Source: a virus | IMG/VR virus record: IMGVR_UViG_3300045988_163046 | DNA length: 44,757 nt | Reading direction: 5' to 3' (one strand) | Shown here: piece by piece, positions 7,448-14,943 of the stretch | Layout: each line of letters opens with the position of its first letter | Position numbering within the stretch: the stretch's first letter is position 1 | Made by a program: the position numbers and the translations under genes | The notes under the pieces: model-generated | What the model was told of the DNA's origin: nothing | Seen by the model: the letters and a program-made list of their open reading frames with translations, nothing else | The model's database searches: none

Positions 7448-7554
7448 ACCGCTCCTTTCCCAATGAACAACATACTTTTGTACGTTGATTTGTCGCACAT
7501 ATATAATGACATATGTACGTAGTTATGTCAAACGGATTATGGCGAAAATTTCCA

Positions 7555-7731
7555 CTATTCAGTTTTCAAAGAACTATCGGACTCGGGATGTTTATCTGAG
7601 TCCGTTTCTGAGTCTTTTCTTTTGCTCTGAGTCAAAATACACGCGATATATCCTTGGTCATACTCTTCGATGTCATAACCCATCTTCTCAAGCTTCTCCA
7701 AGGCTTCTTTGACATTTTCATCAGCTGACAT
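7555..7731 (-). CDS. Small acidic protein, first gene of the leftward early operon
   Basis: AGGAGG RBS before the ATG at 7731. 58 aa. Confidence 0.5.
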   Translation of the reverse strand: MSADENVKEALEKLEKMGYDIEEYDQGYIACILTQSKRKDSETDSDKHPESDSSLKTE

Positions 7732-7746
7732 CACATCCCTCCTTTC

Positions 7747-7877
7747 ATAATACATTTTATGTATTAAATGTATTATCTGTAAACATTATAGCATTATCAT
7801 AATACATTTCAATGGACAAATAATATTTTTTTGTATTATTTATATACATTTGAAAGCTAAAACGCTATAATACATTT
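7747..7877. promoter_or_regulatory. Lysis-lysogeny switch: divergent promoters with repeated operator ATAATACATTT
   Basis: Direct copies at 7747-7757, 7799-7809 and 7867-7877, and an inverted copy at 7766-7776. Leftward TTGAAA-16-TATAAT lies at 7812-7785. A rightward TATAAT at 7866-7871 overlaps an operator. Confidence 0.55.
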
Positions 7878-7896
7878 AGATTGAGGTGATGTAATA

Positions 7897-8298
7897 ATGG
7901 ATGATAATATCGGTTCAAGAGTCAAAGAGATTCGACAAGAATTGAATTTAAGCATGGAAAAATTTGGTGCTCCTATCGGAGTTTCAAGAAGTTCTATTAA
8001 TAACATCGAAAAAGGACTTCATCATCCATCAGAAATCGTTATTAGATCCATATGTCGTGAATATAATATTGACTATGCTTGGTTAACAGAAGGTATTGGT
8101 GAAAATAAATTTATTTCCATTCCTGAGTCAAAGATAGATCAAATCATGGAAGATTATGGCTTAACTGAAAAAGAACGGCCACTTGTTCGAGGATATTTGG
8201 AAGCGCCCGAAGAAGTCAGACAACAAGTTGCCGATTATTTAAATTCAATTGTTGAAAGAGAAATAGCAAGAAGAGAAAAAGAAAAGAACAACAAATAG
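7897..8298 (+). CDS. XRE-family HTH repressor (cI-like)
   Basis: IGSRVKEIRQELNLSMEKFGAPIGVSRSSINNIEKG is a classic HTH_3. It is divergent from the early operon. Confidence 0.8.
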   Translation: MDDNIGSRVKEIRQELNLSMEKFGAPIGVSRSSINNIEKGLHHPSEIVIRSICREYNIDYAWLTEGIGENKFISIPESKIDQIMEDYGLTEKERPLVRGYLEAPEEVRQQVADYLNSIVEREIARREKEKNNK

Positions 8299-8384
8299 GT
8301 TGTTCTTTTTTGGTTAGATTTATTGTATGATTATCGTAAGAAATAGAAAGCGTTTACTAGGCGTAAACGAACGAGGGTTAAAAA

Positions 8385-9398
8385 ATGAAATTATTCAAAA
8401 CTATTGGGATTGCTACGCTTGCACTATCCATGTGCACAGGATGTACAAGCTACAAAGAAAGAGTTAAAGCCAACAATCAAACAGAAGAAATAACTGACAG
8501 AGAATCAGATGATTTAAAAGCAAATTCTTTTGAAATTGGTGATTTTACTATATACTTACCTGAGTATTTTCAAAATGTCGTAAGTACAAAAGAAGGGCTA
8601 TCATTCAGGGCGGATGAAGGATATCCTATTTTAACCATCACTTTAATGGATATGGAATTGAATAGTGAAGCAGCGGATGCCTTTATGGATGCTTTAAAAG
8701 ACAGAGATGATTTCATGGAAGATACCGATACAAGTTATGGAATAAGAACATTAAAAAGAGCTGGTCGTACTGTATATTATTCAGAAACAACAGGAAATTT
8801 GACGTTAAATGATGATGACAGTGACAACGATACAAGCACACCGTCAAAATGCTTTATATATCTTTTATCAAATAACAATAAAACATCATTTATCAGTATG
8901 ATATTAATTCAGCCTAACGAAGGATTGAAATACGATTACGAAAATGAATTTGATAACATTGTTGATAATGTAGTTGTTAACGATAAAAAAGAGGAAGAAG
9001 AACAAAGCAATACAAATTCAACCACTTCAAATTCTTCTTCAAACAATTCATCTTCTTCACCAACTACAACTACTCCAAGTACAAATTCAAATGCATCAAC
9101 TCCATCTCCAACAACAGGAGAAAAAAATGCACTAAGAACTGCAAGAGAATATTTAAATATTTCTGCATTCTCTTATTCAGGATTAATTCATCAACTAGAA
9201 TATGAAGGTTACTCAACAGAGGAAGCCACTTATGCAGCTGATAACTGCAACGCAAACTGGAACGAGCAGGCCGCTAAATCAGCAAAAGAATATTTAGACA
9301 TATCGTCCTTCTCTCGACAAGGATTAATAGATCAATTGATTTATGAAGGTTATACACAAGAACAAGCAGAATATGGTGTAACACAAAACGGATATTAA
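8385..9398 (+). CDS. ltp: Ltp-family surface lipoprotein (superinfection-exclusion type)
   Basis: Signal peptide with a lipobox-like LSMCTGC, an S/T/N-rich linker, and two C-terminal Ltp repeats (NALRTAREYLNISAFSYSGLIHQLEYEGYSTEEATYAADN / AAKSAKEYLDISSFSRQGLIDQLIYEGYTQEQAEYGV). Confidence 0.8.
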   Translation: MKLFKTIGIATLALSMCTGCTSYKERVKANNQTEEITDRESDDLKANSFEIGDFTIYLPEYFQNVVSTKEGLSFRADEGYPILTITLMDMELNSEAADAFMDALKDRDDFMEDTDTSYGIRTLKRAGRTVYYSETTGNLTLNDDDSDNDTSTPSKCFIYLLSNNNKTSFISMILIQPNEGLKYDYENEFDNIVDNVVVNDKKEEEEQSNTNSTTSNSSSNNSSSSPTTTTPSTNSNASTPSPTTGEKNALRTAREYLNISAFSYSGLIHQLEYEGYSTEEATYAADNCNANWNEQAAKSAKEYLDISSFSRQGLIDQLIYEGYTQEQAEYGVTQNGY

Positions 9399-9402
9399 AA
9401 AT

Positions 9403-9430
9403 ATAAGCTAGGGTAAATTCCCTAGCTTAT
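9403..9430. terminator. Bidirectional hairpin terminator after ltp
   Basis: ATAAGCTAGGG-TAAATT-CCCTAGCTTAT, flanked by A-rich sequence upstream and T-rich sequence downstream. Confidence 0.6.
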
Positions 9431-9870
9431 ATTTCTTCTTTGCCAACTACTTCATCAGACCATATTTCTTCTTGCTTGGTTTCGCCTTCATAGCCTTCAA
9501 ATCGTTCTGCAATTGAGATTCTCTTTTTTTCTTCCATTTAGTATCCTTCTTTTAAATTTGCGCGTAAATACCTATAGGTATTAGTGTTATTCATTTTTAG
9601 ATGATAACAGAAGTCTTTGTGCATGATTATACAGAATTTGCAGATCATCCACGTTAAGCTTTTCTGCCAGGATAATTAATTTTTTTATCCATAAATCCCT
9701 TTCCATAAGATCATCCCTTTCCATTCATTTTCTATGAATAAAAAGAAAAACGTTTTCCTTATTATAATATATAATAAGTCTTAAATTTTATATGTCAATG
9801 CCTGTTTTGTATTAAATTGTGCAAATATAATACTAAAAAGTGCAAATGGTTATATATCACATTGCCAGTA

Positions 9871-9899
9871 TTGAATTTTTTTCGGGGGGGGGGTAGAAT
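9871..9899 (+). promoter_or_regulatory. Sigma-A-like promoter whose 17-nt spacer contains a G10 homopolymer
   Basis: TTGAAT (9871-9876), TTTTTTC, G10 (9884-9893), TAGAAT (9894-9899). Confidence 0.45.
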
Positions 9900-10070
9900 T
9901 TTTAATGAACTTTTGGTTATATTATTAACTAATTTTGTTTTGTAAATATTTATTAATATTTTGCATTTTTCATTACTCTTTTTAAAATGTGATGTTATTA
10001 TTCATGTGTACATGATAAATATTTTAGGCTTTTTTCTATTTCCTCAAGAAAAGATTAGCAGAGAATGAAA

Positions 10071-10116
10071 AACAGATAGTGGTGTTGAGCAGCATACACT
10101 ATCTGTTTTTCTTTTT
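10071..10116. terminator. Strong bidirectional intrinsic terminator
   Basis: An 11-bp stem AACAGATAGTG/CACTATCTGTT with a 15-nt loop. TTTTTCTTTTT follows on plus. An A-run upstream gives a T-run on minus. Confidence 0.7.
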
Positions 10117-10272
10117 GTATTCTTTCATAACTTGTTTAATATCTTCACCAACTATATTCCAATCATTAGATAATGATATATAGTCGTCATAAAACGATCC
10201 TATTTTAATCTCAACCTTTGGAAACAAGTTTATATTTTTAAGTCCTTTTATTACATAATCTATTATCTTCAT
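10099..10272 (-). CDS. 57-aa protein, partner of the PBECR-like gene (immunity/antitoxin candidate)
   Basis: The ATG lies 15 nt after the upstream stop. Translated by hand to MKIIDYVIKGLKNINLFPKVEIKIGSFYDDYISLSNDWNIVGEDIKQVMKEYKKKNR. The stop codon sits in the terminator stem. Confidence 0.45.
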   Translation of the reverse strand: MKIIDYVIKGLKNINLFPKVEIKIGSFYDDYISLSNDWNIVGEDIKQVMKEYKKKNR

Positions 10273-10287
10273 ATACACCTCTAACTA

Positions 10288-10656
10288 TTATAATTTATTT
10301 GTTTTTAATTTATTGTATTTAGTTTCATTTATTGGATAAATCGTTTTAATTTTTAATATTGGCCCTGAACTTATTCTAACTGCAACTAGTACATTGTCTT
10401 CCATTTTCTTGACAATTTGTAAGCTGTTATTCTTTTTGTCCTCCGATATAAAATCTGGATTAGAAACAATCAATGATAAATCTCTGAAAACAATATCTAA
10501 AAACAAAGGATCATTAAAATCTTCTCTGTGTCTTTCTATATGATTTATTCTATCATCATACAAAGCAATAGTTTTATCTTTATATGATTCATCCAATCCA
10601 AACATTTCTATGTATTCATCTGTTATTTTATATAACATCTTTTTCGATTTATTCAT
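10288..10656 (-). CDS. PBECR-like (phage Barnase-EndoU-ColicinE5/D-RelE fold) putative RNase toxin
   Basis: The pattern IALYDDRINHIERHREDF...IVSNPDFI...NSLQIVKK..DNVLVAVRIS....LKIKTIYPI resembles PBECR-family proteins. ATG at 10656 with GGGAG RBS. Confidence 0.45.
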   Translation of the reverse strand: MNKSKKMLYKITDEYIEMFGLDESYKDKTIALYDDRINHIERHREDFNDPLFLDIVFRDLSLIVSNPDFISEDKKNNSLQIVKKMEDNVLVAVRISSGPILKIKTIYPINETKYNKLKTNKL

Positions 10657-10682
10657 GATTATATCTCCCAAATATAAAGTAA

Positions 10683-10707
10683 AGGCCTTGTTGCATTAAC
10701 AAGGCCT
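10683..10707 (-). terminator. Hairpin terminator/attenuator immediately upstream of the PBECR-like gene
   Basis: AGGCCTTGTT-GCATT-AACAAGGCCT followed on the minus strand by TTTACTTTATATT. Confidence 0.5.
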
Positions 10708-10924
10708 ACAATTTGTGTATATGGTGGGGCGATAGTTCCCACATCTCATCAGAATTTACATTCCTACCCTTGACACTTTCGTGCGCGATAGCCATCTTTC
10801 TATCCTCACATACACAATCAGAATGTTTTCTTTCAGCCAATAGACCTATCCAGTTCGAGGTGAACACAAACAACCCTACAGAAGCTATAAGCACTATGCA
10901 TGCTGGAACACAATACTTAATCAT
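10706..10924 (-). CDS. Possible 72-aa N-terminally membrane-anchored protein (uncertain)
   Basis: Hydrophobic N-terminus CVPACIVLIASVGLFVF and a weak RBS. An equally long ORF exists on the opposite strand. Local GC is elevated. Confidence 0.25.
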   Translation of the reverse strand: MIKYCVPACIVLIASVGLFVFTSNWIGLLAERKHSDCVCEDRKMAIAHESVKGRNVNSDEMWELSPHHIHKL

Positions 10925-11069
10925 AGCTTAACAGAACCTAATCTGTGACAAACAAGATAGAGCAGCAAGCTTATCTTCATCCGTATATTACATTATTTGC
11001 TAGTGAATTTCAATCAAATTTCTCCTATTTTGTACTTTTTTGTAACATTGTGTAATCTAATATCACTTT

Positions 11070-12167
11070 TTATAACAACTTATTCATCATATCAACAATG
11101 CTCTTATCTTTTGTATCAAACCAGTGTGCATATGTATTGTGCAATGTTTCAACTGTATCTCCTAAGCGTTTGGCTATGTCAAAATCTGAGAATCCAGCTC
11201 CAGCCATGTTATTAATTAGAAATGATGCGTGTGAATGTCTAAAATCATGAATTCTTATTTTAGGCAATCCATCATCTTTTTCTTTTGCCTTATTATATGC
11301 ATCATCAAATCTTCTTTGTACCGTTTGAGGTGATATTGGTTTATAGTATCCAAATACAAATTTATCTTTTGTGAAATCATCCCATTTAGAACATTCTAAA
11401 AACCATTCTCGAAGCATTTTAGACAATGTATTAGGCATTGTGATAGTTCTATAGCTATTGTTTGTTTTTGGCGGTGTAAGCCATTTATTAGGGTCTTTCT
11501 CTTTGTATCTATATGTTTTGTTGATGTCTATAGTTTGTTTTCTAAAATCAATGTCCTTCCATTGTAGGGCCATGGCTTCACCTTTTCGTAATCCCATATA
11601 GAATAAAACAGAATAAAAGCATTTCATCATTTGTTCATCCACTTCTTCAATGAATAAATCAAAATCATATTGCTGCCATATTGTCATTTCTTCTTTTCTT
11701 TCATTCAATCTAAGATCACGTTTTACATATGTCATTGGATTGGTTGGAATGTATTCAGAAGTAACACCAAATTTATATAGCTTATTTAAAAAGAAATATA
11801 TTCTTGATACGTATGCTTTTGAATATTTCTCATCAAATTTGTTGATCAAGTTTTGCATTTGCCTTTTATCTAGAAAATCAATATCTTTCATTTCCTTAGA
11901 AAGAACATTGTACAAATATTCATCTGATTTTAGTGTTGATTCTTTTACATATTTTTTATTATATTCTTTAAAAGCTTTATATAGTCTATCAAAATTCATA
12001 TCTGATGGAAGCATAAAGAAATCTTTCCTAAATTCAATCTCAGCTTTTTGTGCTTCCCATTTAGAATCAAAACCACGCTTACGATATCTCTTTATACATT
12101 TACCATCTTTATATATTTTCCCGGCAAACATATATTTTCCTGTTTTCCTATCTAATTCCACTGCCAT
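11070..12167 (-). CDS. int: Tyrosine integrase
   Basis: MGLRKGEA, RIHDFRHSHASFLI, LGDTVETLHNTYAH. An N-terminal AP2-like arm-binding region is present. The gene is adjacent to the putative attP. Confidence 0.9.
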   Translation of the reverse strand: MAVELDRKTGKYMFAGKIYKDGKCIKRYRKRGFDSKWEAQKAEIEFRKDFFMLPSDMNFDRLYKAFKEYNKKYVKESTLKSDEYLYNVLSKEMKDIDFLDKRQMQNLINKFDEKYSKAYVSRIYFFLNKLYKFGVTSEYIPTNPMTYVKRDLRLNERKEEMTIWQQYDFDLFIEEVDEQMMKCFYSVLFYMGLRKGEAMALQWKDIDFRKQTIDINKTYRYKEKDPNKWLTPPKTNNSYRTITMPNTLSKMLREWFLECSKWDDFTKDKFVFGYYKPISPQTVQRRFDDAYNKAKEKDDGLPKIRIHDFRHSHASFLINNMAGAGFSDFDIAKRLGDTVETLHNTYAHWFDTKDKSIVDMMNKLL

Positions 12168-12204
12168 TTTTGTGCCCTCTTATATGTCCATAATATGCAA
12201 AAAA

Positions 12205-12401
12205 GGGGTATAATTCAATATTTTAATATCAAATTATACCCCAATATACCCCAAGGCAAATAAAAAAGCCTTTAAATAAAGGCTTAAATTTCAATGGAGC
12301 AGATGAGGGGATTATATAAATACCTCATATCAATTGATTTTTGATGTTATTTACATCATTATCTACGTGTTTTGATAGCACTTTGTTGTTTTGTACCCCA
12401 A
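12205..12401. other. Putative attP: tRNA 3'-end core flanked by arm-type repeats
   Basis: On the minus strand, 12313-12295 reads AATCCCCTCATCTGCTCCA (T-loop end, T-stem, acceptor, discriminator U, CCA). TATACCCCAA is tandem at 12235-12254. An inverted GGGGTATA lies at 12205-12212 and TACCCCAA at 12394-12401. Confidence 0.4.
12266..12285 (-). terminator. Hairpin terminator downstream of the lysis genes
   Basis: AAGCCTTT-AAAT-AAAGGCTT with a T-run on the minus strand. Confidence 0.45.
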
Positions 12402-12478
12402 AATGTACCTCACTGCTTCACGCAAGAAAGATAATACAGTATAAACTATATTATGTCAAACAATTTTTTATATTTTTT

Positions 12479-13555
12479 TTATTCAATTTCTGTTAACGGT
12501 GTTGGATCAACCCAAACGCCACCAATCTTGACAATATTTTTTTGAACATTCACTGCATCGACTCTGATTCTAGATACGTAGACTACTGCATTTGTGGTAT
12601 GCAGTACATTGTCATTATATCCATCTGAATTTGGTACTTTATCTACCATACGAATAGGAAACCAACCTCCTAATTTAGACAAGTAGCAGCATAAATCATC
12701 GCCAATTTTCTTCAAGCCTTGGTTGCCAATTTTCATATGTACAGATGTAACATAGCTTCCTTCATGCAAGATTTGGTCGATAGTTTCTGCGCTAGACTGT
12801 GTAGCGCCTACTGGTGTATGGGGATCTGTATCAATACCAGCATCATTAGTCCATCCAATCGCTACTCCATTACGATCAACACGATATGGATATTTTGTTC
12901 CTTTAATTACTCTACCAATGACACCTGACCAATCACCTTTTTTAACTGTAGAAGTTCCGTAGCAATTCACACTCAATGTGTTTGTACAGATAGGTAAATT
13001 AACTGAATATTTTTCTCCACTTGGAGTTGTAGGTTTTGGTGTTTCAACCTTTCCATCTAACTTTGCATTTACTTCATTAGCCAATTGTGGCATACGTGCT
13101 TCCAACCATGCTCCAGGACATGATGTAGCCGAAAACATTTTGTGCATAGTCAATGATCCGCTAGAATTTCCTGTATAGTTCAATCTAAATCCATATCGTT
13201 TACAAATATCAACACATAGGTTCACCAAGCTATCCCAAGTAGCTTGCGTCATTTCTCCAGTTGCGTTATTAATGTTTCCACATTCAATTGTAATTGATTG
13301 AGAATCATTCAACCAATTTGAACTTGTCCATGCAGCATTTTCTTCATCAACACTGCATGCAATGTCTCCATTAATTCCAATACAATAATTGGAAGATGCT
13401 TGACGAGTATTTCGTGCAAAATAATCTGCACATTGTTTACCACTCCATGCCGCAGCCATGTAGTGTGGAGTGATTTTACAAACCTTATATCCAAAACGAC
13501 CATCATAATGTTGTGATGTTCTGTTACAATATGTTGCTAATCCGGAATACGACAT
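12479..13555 (-). CDS. Endolysin: N-acetylmuramoyl-L-alanine amidase (Amidase_2/PGRP-like) plus C-terminal wall-binding region
   Basis: ITPHYMAA...SSNYCIGINGDIACSVDEENAAWTSSN...SITIECGN. It is the last gene before attP and lies downstream of the holin. Confidence 0.85.
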   Translation of the reverse strand: MSYSGLATYCNRTSQHYDGRFGYKVCKITPHYMAAAWSGKQCADYFARNTRQASSNYCIGINGDIACSVDEENAAWTSSNWLNDSQSITIECGNINNATGEMTQATWDSLVNLCVDICKRYGFRLNYTGNSSGSLTMHKMFSATSCPGAWLEARMPQLANEVNAKLDGKVETPKPTTPSGEKYSVNLPICTNTLSVNCYGTSTVKKGDWSGVIGRVIKGTKYPYRVDRNGVAIGWTNDAGIDTDPHTPVGATQSSAETIDQILHEGSYVTSVHMKIGNQGLKKIGDDLCCYLSKLGGWFPIRMVDKVPNSDGYNDNVLHTTNAVVYVSRIRVDAVNVQKNIVKIGGVWVDPTPLTEIE

Positions 13556-13650
13556 TCTTCATCTACACCTTCTTCCTTGCCATTGCTTAATTCTTCTTTT
13601 GCTTCTTCTGATAGATTCTCATAATCTACTACTTTTTCTTCATCATTCAT
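13537..13650 (-). CDS. 37-aa acidic micro-ORF between holin and endolysin (uncertain)
   Basis: GGAGGA RBS 6 nt before the ATG at 13650. It overlaps the endolysin start by 19 nt. Sequence MNDEEKVVDYENLSEEAKEELSNGKEEGVDEECRIPD. Confidence 0.3.
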   Translation of the reverse strand: MNDEEKVVDYENLSEEAKEELSNGKEEGVDEECRIPD

Positions 13651-13652
13651 TA

Positions 13653-13874
13653 TTATTCCTCCGGTACACTAATTTCAGGTAATCCGCCAATACTAGTCAG
13701 CAACGAGACGATGCCTGACAAAACCGCTGACGAAATTACAACTCGCCAATCAACGGCTTCCAATAATGCAGATGCTCCAATAACACCAACAGCAGTTTGA
13801 GCAATTGTCTTTAATGCTCTGATACTTGCATAATAGCCATATTGAACCCACCATTCTTTACTATATTTTTTCAT
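13653..13874 (-). CDS. Holin (phiLC3-type, Phage_holin_4-like)
   Basis: The pattern IRALKTIAQTAVGVIGA...VDWRVVISSAVLSGIVSLLTSIGGLPE matches phiLC3-family holins. It sits immediately upstream of the endolysin. Confidence 0.8.
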   Translation of the reverse strand: MKKYSKEWWVQYGYYASIRALKTIAQTAVGVIGASALLEAVDWRVVISSAVLSGIVSLLTSIGGLPEISVPEE

Positions 13875-13953
13875 TTACAAATACCTCCTATCCTAATAAT
13901 AGTATTTAAATCGTTTGTACACTGTACAAAATAAAAGACCGTATTTAACGGCC

Positions 13954-14436
13954 TTATTGATACATATTAAACATGTCTCGTATATGTGTCTTAATCATTG
14001 TTTTTTCTTCATCTGAATCAACGCATCCATGAATCATAGTTACGATTTGTTGCATACATTTCATAGTCTTATCTAATTCACGATGAGACTTTTCCAAATC
14101 CATCTCGCCTTTTGTACGCTTATATTCTTCTTTGAACGCTTTATATTTTTTCAAATGTTCCGCAAGCTTATAAACAATATCTTCTGTTTCTGGATCATGA
14201 ATATTATATCCATCATTATCTTCTTTTAATCGGGCTACAGTTGAAACTCCATCTTTCCCTATCTCAATTTGATATTTATTTCTCATTGCTTCTATAGTTT
14301 CAATATCTTTGATATTATCCAAAGCTTGAGATAATGCATGGAAATAAGATTCTGCATATCCATATTTCTCTAACATGTTTACTGACTCATGCATTATCTT
14401 TTCATTAACTTCCATTGCTTTATGCATATTTTTCAC
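13954..14436 (-). CDS. Hypothetical helical protein (last gene of the five-gene cassette)
   Basis: 160-aa ORF abutting the upstream gene (stop and start adjacent). No motif. Confidence 0.55.
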   Translation of the reverse strand: MKNMHKAMEVNEKIMHESVNMLEKYGYAESYFHALSQALDNIKDIETIEAMRNKYQIEIGKDGVSTVARLKEDNDGYNIHDPETEDIVYKLAEHLKKYKAFKEEYKRTKGEMDLEKSHRELDKTMKCMQQIVTMIHGCVDSDEEKTMIKTHIRDMFNMYQ

Positions 14437-14856
14437 CTACGCAATCTTTTTAATGATAATGTTTGCATTTTGAATAGATAGATCTAAACCACTGTCATTT
14501 GCTAATGCAATTGTATAAGATGCGCCACATGGAACTTGAATTAGAGTGTCTCCACTTACATTTCCGTATGCATTTGCAGTTGCAACAGTATAAATAGATT
14601 GTGTTCCACCAATTGCTTCTCCGTTTAGTTCAAGTACTAAAGAAGCTTGTCCTGCCGCTGCACTCGTAATATCCGCAGTATAAGTTACTTCATAGATACC
14701 TGGCTTTGTTAGTGTAAACAATCCACTTCCTAGATCGTGTGCCAACCATCCTTTACATGGACACTGGCATGATTTTGATCTTACACGATCTGTAGGAAAC
14801 AAAACATTATTTGAATTATCGACTGTCTGAACAGCCGTAGCAATACTATTAATCAT
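14437..14856 (-). CDS. Small beta-rich protein resembling the BclA C-terminal / C1q-TNF jelly-roll domain
   Basis: The pattern VLFP.D......GLFTLTKPGIYEVTYTADITSAAAGQASLVLELNGEAI........NVSG.TLIQV..GASYTIALAN is reminiscent of BclA-CTD-like proteins of Firmicutes. Confidence 0.4.
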   Translation of the reverse strand: MINSIATAVQTVDNSNNVLFPTDRVRSKSCQCPCKGWLAHDLGSGLFTLTKPGIYEVTYTADITSAAAGQASLVLELNGEAIGGTQSIYTVATANAYGNVSGDTLIQVPCGASYTIALANDSGLDLSIQNANIIIKKIA

Positions 14857-14943
14857 TTCTTTTATCCTCCTATTAAAATAGGGATAGCCTTTTGACTATC
14901 CCGTTAAATCCAAAGGCAATTGCCTAATCACATATGTGCTAGA

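Noticed and set aside
9427-9724. Two micro-ORFs on the minus strand (36 aa with a MazE-like C-terminal tail EEIWSDEVVGKEEI; 45 aa with a duplicated MERD start)
   Set aside because: The resemblance to antitoxin C-termini rests on about 12 residues. No SpoVT/AbrB core and no toxin partner is adjacent, and the RBSs are weak. At best these are a decayed remnant, so they are not listed as features.
9884-9893. G10 run as a pure sequencing artefact
   Set aside because: Two-colour poly-G artefacts occur at read and contig ends. This run is internal, flanked by unique sequence, and sits exactly between -35 and -10 hexamers. I cannot exclude a length error of +/-1, which is why read-level checking is requested.
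11650-12213. 187-aa plus-strand ORF
   Set aside because: It is fully antisense to the integrase gene and has an S/L/F-rich junk composition. The same reasoning rejects 12719..12928, 12978..13178, 25730..25984, 26210..26419, 33731..33922, 34955..35274, 35513..35769, 40576..40854, 41227..41433 and the other short antisense ORFs in the track.
12295-12313. tRNA gene
   Set aside because: Only the last 19 nt of a tRNA (T-stem strand, acceptor strand, CCA) are present. There is no D-arm, anticodon arm or 5' acceptor strand. I interpret it as an att core and not as a gene.
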